Position numbers and translations under genes: made by a program. A stretch of DNA of 63,998 nt, counting the filler, from an uncultured bacterium (lineage in GTDB: Bacteria > Latescibacterota > UBA2968): assembly GCA_964471275.1 (NCBI GenBank). It is 4 parts of 4 records of this genome, joined end to end, with 100 filler letters (N's around TTAATTAATTAA, not from the genome) between each part and the next. Parts side by side here need not be neighbours in the genome. Positions count along the whole stretch, not along the records: positions 32,336 to 48,303 come from CAYYGZ010000096.1; positions 48,404 to 63,998 come from CAYYGZ010000103.1; 2 more parts are not named here. One strand, given 5' to 3'. Positions 41,064-50,036 of the stretch are shown here, in pieces. The number at the start of each line of letters is the position of its first letter. The first letter of the stretch is position 1. Under the pieces are notes generated by a model that saw only the letters and a list, made by a program, of their open reading frames with translations, was not told the origin of the DNA and ran no database searches.

Positions 41064-42309
41064 AGTCATCAGCAATGCCGGGAAGCGCGAATACGGGATC
41101 GACAATACGGGTGAGTCAGATGTAGCCTTCGAGATTCAGTCGGTGTTCGATGAAACTGCTGAGGTCGGGGATGCGTCGGCAACGATCACGTTCTACCCGG
41201 GCGTGTACTACATCGATGCACCGTTGACGGTTCGGTTGACCAGTGTACGGCTTCAGGGACACGGGCACGGCGGGCTGGACATCCACGGGGCGAACCTTTC
41301 GGGTGGGAGTATCCTCCGGTTCGGGCCGAACTGCGGACCGAACTGCATCACGTTCGAATACACAGGCCACTCGAGAGCATTCCCCTCACGTGAGAGTCCG
41401 TGGCCCCGCAAGATCGTGCGTGTAGATGTCGACAGGATGACCTTCATGGGTCACAACAACACCGGGGTCGACACCGCGAATGGCTACTGCCGGTTCCGTG
41501 GTGACGAGCCGAATTTCCGTGGACTCAAATGGTATCCGTCAGCCGACCGGTACGACAATGTGGGCGCAGAAGGCCAACGCGCATTGGTTATTCCGCCAGC
41601 AATCGAACACTGCAAATCTGAATTGCTCCGCGTGAACGGGTGCCACTTTACGGATCTGTATGTCGGACTCGACATTGCAGGCAGCGATGTCTCGCACATT
41701 ACGGACTGCTGGTTTGCTCAGATGGTCGATGGCGTTCGGTATCATCACAAGGGTCAGGCGACGTTCGTAAGCAATACGGTGTTCGCTGATCTGGAGACTG
41801 CTCTCACGCTCGCGTATCCTACGATGTCGTCGCTTCACGACAACACGTTCGCCTACGTCAGCAAGTGCTTCGAGATCGGGCAGATGGAAGGATCAAGCAT
41901 TCGGGGTAACACGCTGCTTAACTGGGATCTGTCGACAGGTGCCGCAGCGAACGGCGCGTTCTGCCGGATCGGCGGACCCTCCAGGGACATCGTCGTCAGC
42001 GGGAACAGCATACAACACGAGATTGACAGCCGTGCAAGGACAAGAACTGTCGATGAGGAACTGAACGGGCGGACTTTTGTGCAGTTTGAGGACTGTGAGA
42101 GAGTGAGCCTGTCGAACAATGTGATCGATACGGTACAGACTGAGACGGTCGTACGGTTGCACAACTGTCGCGACTGCGTTGTTGTGGACAATGTGATTAC
42201 GCACGGACCGGGTGGATCCGCGGTGGCCGAGACGGGAATATGCAAGGGTAACGTTTACAGGAAGGTGAAGATTGAGGAATCGGATGCGTTTGATCCATTC
42301 ATCTCCTGA
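41044..42309 (+). CDS. Right-handed parallel beta-helix protein, inulin fructotransferase (GH91)-like
   Basis: TFYPGVYYI..VRLQGHGHG..GGSIL, followed by repeated V/I-S-G/N-N beta-helix coils. Confidence 0.6.
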   Translation: MKHTAIEVISNAGKREYGIDNTGESDVAFEIQSVFDETAEVGDASATITFYPGVYYIDAPLTVRLTSVRLQGHGHGGLDIHGANLSGGSILRFGPNCGPNCITFEYTGHSRAFPSRESPWPRKIVRVDVDRMTFMGHNNTGVDTANGYCRFRGDEPNFRGLKWYPSADRYDNVGAEGQRALVIPPAIEHCKSELLRVNGCHFTDLYVGLDIAGSDVSHITDCWFAQMVDGVRYHHKGQATFVSNTVFADLETALTLAYPTMSSLHDNTFAYVSKCFEIGQMEGSSIRGNTLLNWDLSTGAAANGAFCRIGGPSRDIVVSGNSIQHEIDSRARTRTVDEELNGRTFVQFEDCERVSLSNNVIDTVQTETVVRLHNCRDCVVVDNVITHGPGGSAVAETGICKGNVYRKVKIEESDAFDPFIS

Positions 42310-42411
42310 AAAGATAACAGAAGATAGGCTCGCGTCGTCCGCTGTGGTGCGTTCGGCGATCGGAACAGTCGAGATCTCGTGCCCCCGCACGCTTCTGCTG
42401 GATCCCATGAT

Positions 42412-44409
42412 ATGGGTGTGCCGGTGAATCCCGATCCTGTGACGGGGCCTTCAGATCAATCTGTTGCCTCACCGAAAATCACCACGCGTTCCGTGGTGTT
42501 GGGAGCGGGAACGGCGGCCGCGCTTTGTGTGTGGACGAACTACACCGAGTTCGTGATGCACTCCGCGGCGCTGGTGATGTCGAACCTCCCGATGTCCGCG
42601 CTGATTCCATTCGTTTTCTGGCTCTTTCTGAACATTCTCCTGAAGCGGTTCATCCCGCGTTTTGCCTTAACTGGGACCGAGCTACTCGTGATTCTCGGCA
42701 TGGGATGGATGGTCGGGACCGTTCCGGCGATTGGGTGGACCGGATACTGGACCGGGATCATGACGGCTCCAGAATACTACGCAAGCCCGGAGAACGGGTG
42801 GCGTGACGCATTCTTCGATGTTCTGCCGCGACATCTGTTTCCAGATCCCACTGTGGTGCCGTGGTTTTACAATGGATTGCCGCCCGGGGTGGGGATGCCC
42901 TGGTCCGGATGGGTGTCGCCGCTGTTCTGGTGGGGGTCTGTCGCTATTGCCGTCGTCGGGATGGGGATCTGCACGACAATCGTTTTCCAGAAACAGTGGA
43001 CAGATAACGAGCGACTCACGTTTCCTCTTGCGACGATTCCGGTGTCACTAATCGCCGGGCTCGATCAATCGGGTAAAGGTCTACCAGACTGGTTTAAAAA
43101 TCCGCTGTTCTGGACGGGGTTCGCGATTCCCGCGTTTATTATCGGGTGGAACATCATCGGCTATTTCAATGAGACGATTCCCCGAATCATGGTCTTTGGC
43201 GGCTACTGGTCGAAGCAGATCATCTTCTTCAGACAGTTCCCGCCCTATGCATTCCGGATTCTGCCTTCTCTCATCGCTTTTACCTACTTCTGCAACCTCG
43301 ACATTCTGCTGAGCTTCTGGTTCTTTGGTCTGCTGTCCATCTTTAAGATTGGGATTCTGAACCGACTCGGGATTACAGTGGGTGTGGCAGGGCAACCGGC
43401 GAAAGCGCCTGCCATCCTCGGGTATGAGAGTCACGGTGCGTTGATCGCCCTGGCTATCTGGTCGATCTGGATTGCGCGCGGCCACCTGAAGCACGTTTGG
43501 AATGCGACGGTTTCAGGGGATGACGGGAGCGATCATCCCCTGATGAGCTACCGAGCGGCGGTCTGTGGACTCGTTCTGAGCCTCGGGTTTATCGTGGGTT
43601 GGCTGGCTTCCGCGGGCCAGGGGATCACGCTCGCAATCGTCTCTACCGTTATGATGTTTCTGGCCTACTTCTGCGCGACGAAGTTCCTGGCCGCGAGCGG
43701 ATTTGCGTATCTCTACCCACCGGATATCCACGGTGGCGGCTTTGTGAAGACCATGTTCGGCACTCAGGGGATGACACGGTCGCAGCTCACGGGCATCCAG
43801 CTGCACAACAGCGGAGCATTCGTAGGGGGCGGTCGGATCATGGGGATGATGATGATGCCGCACTATGTTCGGATGCTCGCCGATCGGCCAGGAAGGAAAT
43901 GGATCATTCCATCGTTGTGGATTGCGTTCGTAGCGGGTGTGGGTGCCTCATTCGCCTATGCGCTGGCCCTGTGCTACACGGAGGCGGGTCTGAATCTCCG
44001 CACCTACACACTGACCTCGGGAAACACCGGGACATTCAATTCATTGACGACAACCATCACGGGGGCGAATCGAACGGTGTTTGATCCGCAGAAGCTGGTG
44101 GTCTGGCTTCTGGGAGCGGGTGAAGTCGCTTTGCTGAGTGCGATGCGAAGCTGGCTGTCGTGGTGGCCGCTGCACCCGGTCGGACTGGTTTTTCAACATA
44201 CGATCGGTGTGCGCGTGTTCGGGTTCAGCGCCTTTATCGCCTGGTTGATTAAACTGATCGTACTGCGACTGGGCGGGATCGGTTTGTATCGGAAGACGCA
44301 ACCACTGTTCCTCGGACTGTTGATCGGGTATGCGGCGATGATCGGGATTTCTTCAGTGGTAGATGCGGTGTGGTTCCCGGGGGAGGGGCATTGGGTACAC
44401 GGGTGGTAG
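42412..44409 (+). CDS. DUF6785/DUF6784-type polytopic membrane protein (putative transporter)
   Basis: YYASPENGW, QW..NERLTFPL, WWPLHPVG, AWLIK..LRLGG..Y...PLFLG. Confidence 0.75.
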   Translation: MGVPVNPDPVTGPSDQSVASPKITTRSVVLGAGTAAALCVWTNYTEFVMHSAALVMSNLPMSALIPFVFWLFLNILLKRFIPRFALTGTELLVILGMGWMVGTVPAIGWTGYWTGIMTAPEYYASPENGWRDAFFDVLPRHLFPDPTVVPWFYNGLPPGVGMPWSGWVSPLFWWGSVAIAVVGMGICTTIVFQKQWTDNERLTFPLATIPVSLIAGLDQSGKGLPDWFKNPLFWTGFAIPAFIIGWNIIGYFNETIPRIMVFGGYWSKQIIFFRQFPPYAFRILPSLIAFTYFCNLDILLSFWFFGLLSIFKIGILNRLGITVGVAGQPAKAPAILGYESHGALIALAIWSIWIARGHLKHVWNATVSGDDGSDHPLMSYRAAVCGLVLSLGFIVGWLASAGQGITLAIVSTVMMFLAYFCATKFLAASGFAYLYPPDIHGGGFVKTMFGTQGMTRSQLTGIQLHNSGAFVGGGRIMGMMMMPHYVRMLADRPGRKWIIPSLWIAFVAGVGASFAYALALCYTEAGLNLRTYTLTSGNTGTFNSLTTTITGANRTVFDPQKLVVWLLGAGEVALLSAMRSWLSWWPLHPVGLVFQHTIGVRVFGFSAFIAWLIKLIVLRLGGIGLYRKTQPLFLGLLIGYAAMIGISSVVDAVWFPGEGHWVHGW

Positions 44410-44478
44410 TATATCCCTTCGCCGCTCCCGACTAGGTCAGGGGCCGGGGGGCAAGGGCGCAGGGGAGAACAGCCGCCA

Positions 44479-44646
44479 ATCCTGAGTAGGCGTATTTCGG
44501 ATTCGGTGGTTTTTTGCTGTAGAGACACAAAGAACCACGCCATATCGAAGGACTTCTCTACGCGGACCGTTCGTCCTTTGATGTGCCGCGGCCTCTGATT
44601 GTTTGGCCAACAGCCATTGTCATCTGTGTGTGTGGCTACTCAGGAT
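44479..44646. repeat. ~165-bp palindromic MITE-like element, copy B
   Basis: ATCCTGAGTAG...CTACTCAGGAT perfect 11-bp terminal IR; central CATATCGAAGGAC / GTCCTTTGATGTG arms. Confidence 0.7.
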
Positions 44647-44662
44647 GAGCGGGGGCAACTCT

Positions 44663-45862
44663 CTACCCTACGATCGTGATCAGATGGAGTTGGCGAGATC
44701 CGTCGGTGACGATCGAGGGGAAGAGGATCTGGGTGCCATCCCGGTTCCAAAGGGGAGCAGGATCGGAGCGGAGGTCGCCCTTGATGTACGGCGACTGATC
44801 GTAGCCGGGAGTGCGAGCCCAGGCACCGTCGGAGCGGCGGTAGACGGCCCATTCATTGAGGCCCTCGTGTTTGTAGCCTGAGACGGTCCAGCCGCCGTCG
44901 GGAGAGAGGGCCGTGTCGCCGCTTGGGTCACGGACAATGCTCGGGTCAGCGATGGTGCCGACGAGTTGTTGCGCGTTTGTGTCGTAGATGACGAGTTTGC
45001 CCTCGTGGTGACCGATCATGCAATGCGTGTCGCCGTGTTCCCACTCGGGATGTCCCCCGACGAAACCGGGCTGAATCGTCAGGTTTCCGCCGTCGGGATC
45101 CACGGTAAAGGGTTGATTGATCCTTACACCGGGATTGCCGTCCCAACCACCGCGTGCGTAGAAGTAGATTCGGTCATCAGCACGGTTCCACAATGTGTGG
45201 TTGACGAACAGCGGGTTGACTTCGTCGCCGTTCTGTGTCGGCGCCAGAGCTTCTGCCATCCGAGCGAATGATACGATGACTTCCCGCTCTCCGGTTTCGA
45301 TGTTCGTACGGAAGATGCCATCATCTTCCGGATGTGAAACATTCTCCGTCCAGTCCCAGGTGCCAACGTAACCGGTAACTCTCCGGAGACGCGCCATCCT
45401 CGCGTAGTTCAATCCACAGAACCATCCACCGTTCTGAGCCACGCCGCTGTTTCCAAAGGGTGTGCCCTCGTATCGATATTCACGCACACGACTACCTACT
45501 GCTACATCATAGAGCACGGTAAAGACCTTGTCCGTTTCGGGATCGCGGTCGTTGAAGAAGAATCGCGACCTATTCGGATCCGGATCCCAGTAAAACATCG
45601 TGCCTTGCTGCGGGTTCCAGCCTGTGGTTTCGTCGACTTTCTCGATGGTGAAGCCGTTCTGTGTATCGATCAGGATGATGTCAGCAGATTCGCCGGGTCC
45701 AGGCATATGATCCTGAAAGTCTGTTCGCATCGCGACGATGTAGCGACCGTTGTGACTCCACGGGATTGTCTTGGCGTGTCCGATGTAGCCGAAGAAATGG
45801 TTCCTCGGACCGTGAGTAATCTGCTGGATGTTGAGTGAGAAGTGACCGGATCCTTCAACCAT
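44663..45862 (-). CDS. Beta-propeller hypothetical protein (oligogalacturonate-lyase/TolB-like)
   Basis: HFFGYIG, PWS, GWNPQQG, NHTLWN, DPAPLWNRDG. Confidence 0.65.
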   Translation of the reverse strand: MVEGSGHFSLNIQQITHGPRNHFFGYIGHAKTIPWSHNGRYIVAMRTDFQDHMPGPGESADIILIDTQNGFTIEKVDETTGWNPQQGTMFYWDPDPNRSRFFFNDRDPETDKVFTVLYDVAVGSRVREYRYEGTPFGNSGVAQNGGWFCGLNYARMARLRRVTGYVGTWDWTENVSHPEDDGIFRTNIETGEREVIVSFARMAEALAPTQNGDEVNPLFVNHTLWNRADDRIYFYARGGWDGNPGVRINQPFTVDPDGGNLTIQPGFVGGHPEWEHGDTHCMIGHHEGKLVIYDTNAQQLVGTIADPSIVRDPSGDTALSPDGGWTVSGYKHEGLNEWAVYRRSDGAWARTPGYDQSPYIKGDLRSDPAPLWNRDGTQILFPSIVTDGSRQLHLITIVG

Positions 45863-45994
45863 CGTGCGATCCTCTGGGTATGGAATGGAACCACCAAGAT
45901 CACCAAGGACACCAGGATTTGAGTTGGCTCGGGGGTCCTGGGATGCAGGAACAAGAGCGAGCGAATTGCTGAACAGACGACCAATGGCCAGAGG

Positions 45995-46612
45995 CTATAG
46001 GTTGGGGGCGATAGTCGAGACGACCTGGGTCGCGAGCTCGGCGGAGCCCTCATCGGTGAAGTGGACGTTTGCGGGATGCTGTATTCGGTCGAGTCTGCCG
46101 AGGGCGAATGTGTAGAGATCATCGACTGCCAGGTTGTGGACGACGGCGACACGTGCGGCGGCTTCATTGTAGCGAGCCGCATCTCCCGCGATACGGCCAT
46201 TGGAGCCTTTTGGGACCGGTGTGGTTGTGCACCAGACGAGATGAGCACCTGTCTGCTCGAGCTTTGTGACGATCCGGTCGAGGTTGACCTCATACTCGTC
46301 GATCGGAACCTGTGGAACGCCAGACTTGGGTGAACTCGCCATCTGACCGTCGGTATTAATGTATTTCAGATCGTGAAGACCGAAGTTGAAGTGAATAATA
46401 GACCAATCCGTATCGCCAAGCCATTCGTCGAGATGCTCGAGGGCCCGGATCGTGGGACCACAGTTGACGGCGGGACGGAAAACGTTGGCTCTACCACTCA
46501 GGAGATCTCGGGTCGGAAGCGTGTATCCGATTGAGATGGAATCTCCGATGAGGAGGATGTTCCTCAGGCAGGGATCTATACTGGGTGCTTTGAAAGCGGG
46601 ATTGTCTGGCAT
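45995..46612 (-). CDS. SGNH/GDSL hydrolase
   Basis: IGDSISIGY, FNFGLHD, NVHF. Confidence 0.9.
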   Translation of the reverse strand: MPDNPAFKAPSIDPCLRNILLIGDSISIGYTLPTRDLLSGRANVFRPAVNCGPTIRALEHLDEWLGDTDWSIIHFNFGLHDLKYINTDGQMASSPKSGVPQVPIDEYEVNLDRIVTKLEQTGAHLVWCTTTPVPKGSNGRIAGDAARYNEAAARVAVVHNLAVDDLYTFALGRLDRIQHPANVHFTDEGSAELATQVVSTIAPNL

Positions 46613-46673
46613 GAAGTCGGCGATCCTTTTGTTGGCAGAAGGTCAAGGTCGGCAAATCGGGTGACAGAGGCAT

Positions 46674-47102
46674 CTATTCCACAGCAAGGAGTTCAATTTC
46701 GAAGATGAGTGTGGCGTTCTTGGGGATGCGAGGGGGGTGCCCCATCGATCCGTAGGCCAGACCGGGTGGGGCCTTGAGTTGACGAACGCCACCTACTTTC
46801 ATTCCCTGGACGCCTTCGTCCCAACCCTTGATGACTTTCCGGGCGCCGATGGTGAAGGTGAAAGGCTTGTTCTTCACCGCGGAACTGTCGAAGCGTTTGC
46901 CGCTCGTTAGCCAGCCGGTATAGTGAACGGTGGCTTGGCTTCCCTTTGCCGCAGCTGTTCCTGACCCAACTTTGAGGTCCGAATACTCCAGTCCCATATC
47001 TGTCTTCTGATACGATTCTACCGGAATCGGCTTGTCGATCTGGACGCCTTCACGCACCGCCTCCTCTGACCCCGTAATCATTCCGATCAGTTTTTTGAAC
47101 AT
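46674..47102 (-). CDS. FKBP-type peptidyl-prolyl isomerase
   Basis: VHYTGWL, FDSS, VIKGWDEG, LAYG, IPKNATLIFEIEL. Confidence 0.95.
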   Translation of the reverse strand: MFKKLIGMITGSEEAVREGVQIDKPIPVESYQKTDMGLEYSDLKVGSGTAAAKGSQATVHYTGWLTSGKRFDSSAVKNKPFTFTIGARKVIKGWDEGVQGMKVGGVRQLKAPPGLAYGSMGHPPRIPKNATLIFEIELLAVE

Positions 47103-47268
47103 AGCTCCTCTCCCTTCCAACAGTACAGAATCCCAGAGCATTCTGGTCAGAGTCTACACCGTGTGGTGAGGGAGAGCAAGTATCGGGTTGTCGGACTCGC
47201 AGGGCTGCCCGTTCATTGGTCTCAGCCCAGATGTTGGGTCAACCGGATACGATGCCCAGGTATAGCAA

Positions 47269-48016
47269 ATGTCCGAAACACAAGAACTCCTCGACCGTGC
47301 GATCGAAGTCTTCCCGCGGGGATTCGCGGCCACAAGATGCAATATGCATCCGTGTCTTGCGGAGCGGATCGGCAAGCTGTGGCTGGTCAAGGATGTACCG
47401 CGTGCAAGGGAAAACTATCGGTGAGAAGAGTGGATTGGGTCCGGTGTATCTCCCATCCGATACGGTCGAGCGGCGAAGAAACACTCGATATCCAGACACT
47501 GTGTGTCTGCGATCCGTCCGAACGACACATCCGATGCTGGATTGAGGAAAGCATTTGGTGCGCTCAGCTATCGGCTTGGTGTGACCGAAGCATTCATGGT
47601 TCACGAACTGAAACGGATTTCTCGAGTCGATCGACCCGTAGACATTGTGAGAGTCCTGACTGAAGATGTGGCAGAAACGCTAAACGCGGCGGCAGGTCTC
47701 GGCAGATCTTGCTCGAGCATCTCGATTCGGATGCGTCCGTGCGTCCGTGCGTCAGTATGTTGCGCTGGACGATCGGCTGGGTCCGGAGCCACGACACGGG
47801 AGGCGCTACCTGGTGCTTGAATATGTATGTCAAACCCGATTACCGACGGAAGGGGATCGCACGGGCTATGATGTGTCAGATGCTGAGAGATGACCGGAAA
47901 TACGGGTCTCGGCTTGCGTGTTGACTGTCAGCCGCGCAGGATCGCATCTCTACCCGGTGGTAGGGTATCGGAATATCGCGACGCTGTTGCTCTTCACGCC
48001 GCCGAGGAAGGACTAG
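47269..48016 (+). pseudogene. GNAT acetyltransferase pseudogene
   Basis: MSETQELLDRAIEVF..RENYR*EEWIG; frameshift near 47700; MYVKPDYRRKGIARAMM (motif A); further breaks. Confidence 0.7.
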
Positions 48017-48303
48017 CCCGTGCCGGCAAGGATGGCGTGTGCGAGCTCCATCGTCTTGACGGCCTCTGTCAGACCGGCGGCGGGGGGGCCGATCTGACGG
48101 TCCTTCCTGACACAATCGATGAAGTAGCGGTTCTGCTCTTCCGTTCCACCAGTGGGGCCCTTCACAATCTCCGTCATTTCTCCTTCGAAGAAGACCTGGC
48201 CACTCGCCACACCCTCCATACATGCGGAGATGTTCTGTCCGTGGATCTCGTATCGCTCGAGGCGCGTGCCCGCTGTGTAGTTAGCGGTCAACTGGGCAAT
48301 GAC
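48013..48303 (-). CDS. Gfo/Idh/MocA oxidoreductase, C-terminal part
   Basis: QNRYFIDCVRKD..P....EAVKTMELAHAI; cut at contig end. Confidence 0.65.
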   Translation of the reverse strand, partial: VIAQLTANYTAGTRLERYEIHGQNISACMEGVASGQVFFEGEMTEIVKGPTGGTEEQNRYFIDCVRKDRQIGPPAAGLTEAVKTMELAHAILAGTG

Positions 48304-48403
48304 NNNNNNNNNNNNNNNNNNNNNNNNNNNNNNNNNNNNNNNNNNNNTTAATTAATTAANNNNNNNNNNNNNNNNNNNNNNNNNNNNNNNNNNNNNNNNN
48401 NNN
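48304..48403. other. Artificial contig linker
   Basis: N run with TTAATTAATTAA. Confidence 0.97.
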
Positions 48404-48669
48404 TAGTCCAACTCATTGAAAACGCCTAACTTAGGAGACAGATTGAGGGGAATGCCGGCCGGCGTCTCCTATTTGCAAGGGCTATGCCATACATCTAAAA
48501 ACAGGACAACTTACTGTTTTTTCAACAGTTGTTGATTTTTTGGGATTTGAGGATTTGAAGCAGTTCCAGAATGTATTTCTGGAGCAGTGGAAGGGCTTTC
48601 CGACAAGTAAAGAAAAAGCCCAAACAGGGAGAGTCTGGGCGGGTTGGAAAATCCTCTTTGGTACTTCAG

Positions 48670-49979
48670 CTAGAGGTTGAACTCCAGTCTGAATGTGGTG
48701 CCTTGCCCCACAACGCTTTCGACGTAGATCTCGCCCTGATGGTTCTCGATGATTCGGCGACACACGGCCAGGCCAAACCCGTCTTTCTCCGTGCGAGTCC
48801 GCGTCTTGATCTCCCCGGCGACGTCCATCGCGTCGGCTGCATTGGCATACAGATTCATCAGAACCTGGTGGATCTGACGGTGATCGGCCTCCATTTCGGG
48901 GAGTCCCAGATCCAGTTGGGACTCGAATTCCACACGACGGAACCGCTTTTGTCCGCGGATGAAATCGATCAGCTTCTCCACCAGCAGATTCAGGTTGGAC
49001 GGTTCCTTCGTGAGCTTGAGCACCCCCAATTCCATTAGACCGGTGGCGAATTTTTCGATGCGCTCGAGCTGCTCGCCCATAATGCCAAGACTTCGTGTGG
49101 CCTTGTCCAGCTTCTTGATATCCGGATTCACACCCAGAAGGTCGACGTGTCCGATCAGAACCGTGAGGTAATTCCGAAGCTCATGTCCGATCTCTGCCGC
49201 CATCTGACCCATCATCGCCAGCTTCTCTGTCTGGATAAGCCGTATCTCCAGCGCCTTCATCTTGGTTACATTCCGGATGCCAAGCGCAGCGTGGATCGGG
49301 TCATCCGGACCATTTCCGGGTGCAACCGTGACCTCGTAGAAACCGATTTCACCGACCTCATCTTCATATTCGAGACCGAGGGTCGACCGGTCACCCTCAC
49401 CGAGCCGGGGAACGACTTCGAACAGGAGATGGCCGACGATGTTGGCATCGTCAGTTGTGTGATCGATCAATCTTGGACGCGTCGTGATGCGGCTGTGGTT
49501 CAGAACGTGGAATGATGCGTCGATCTCCATAATACAGTCGTAGGCGCTCTGTACCAGGGTCTCATCGGAAAAGCGAAGTCTGCTTGAGGTAATATGGACG
49601 AGATTCTGCACAATCGTCAGGTGGATATCCGGGTGTTCCGCGAAGAAGCCGTCAAGCGCAGTTTGTTCCAACGCATACACTTCGGATTGACCGACGGCCG
49701 TGGCTGTCGCTGATCGCAGCTTGTTCTCCACCAGAGCCATCTCGCCGAAGAACTCGCCCGGGTCGAGAACGGCCAGGTTCTCGGGCACACCCTAGATTGT
49801 TTGCTTCGCGATCGAGACGTGTCCACGCGCGAGCAGGAAAAGCCCCGACCGGGGTCACCCTCGCGGATGATCGCATCAGCGTCCTCGAAAACGATTTTGG
49901 TAGCACGTCGGAACACTGATTCTCGTTCCGATGCACTCAGCCCCTCAAGCAAGGGGATGTGGAGCCCGTCGATAGCCAA
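48670..49979 (-). pseudogene. cNMP-binding domain histidine kinase, frameshifted and internally deleted
   Basis: TTG after GGAGG; IIREGDPG, frame change near 49840, FFGEMAL..RSATA, GHELRN (H box), NLYANAADA (N box); G1/F boxes missing before GFGLAV. Confidence 0.75.
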
Positions 49980-50036
49980 GCGGCCTCCTGTGGAATGGAG
50001 AAGGAACCGAACCGCCAGGTGGATCATCACTAAAGT

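Noticed and set aside
45888..45915. Short CACCAAG tandem repeat
   Set aside because: Only two to three imperfect units; no evidence of function.
17584..47420. In-frame stops suggesting recoding, selenocysteine or pyrrolysine
   Set aside because: TAA, TAG and TGA all occur, together with frameshifts and deletions, and intact genes use TGA/TAG as normal stops; decay is simpler.
16109..48403. Three TTAATTAATTAA palindromes in N runs at ~16-kb spacing
   Set aside because: Artificial contig linkers; neighbourhoods across them are not biological.
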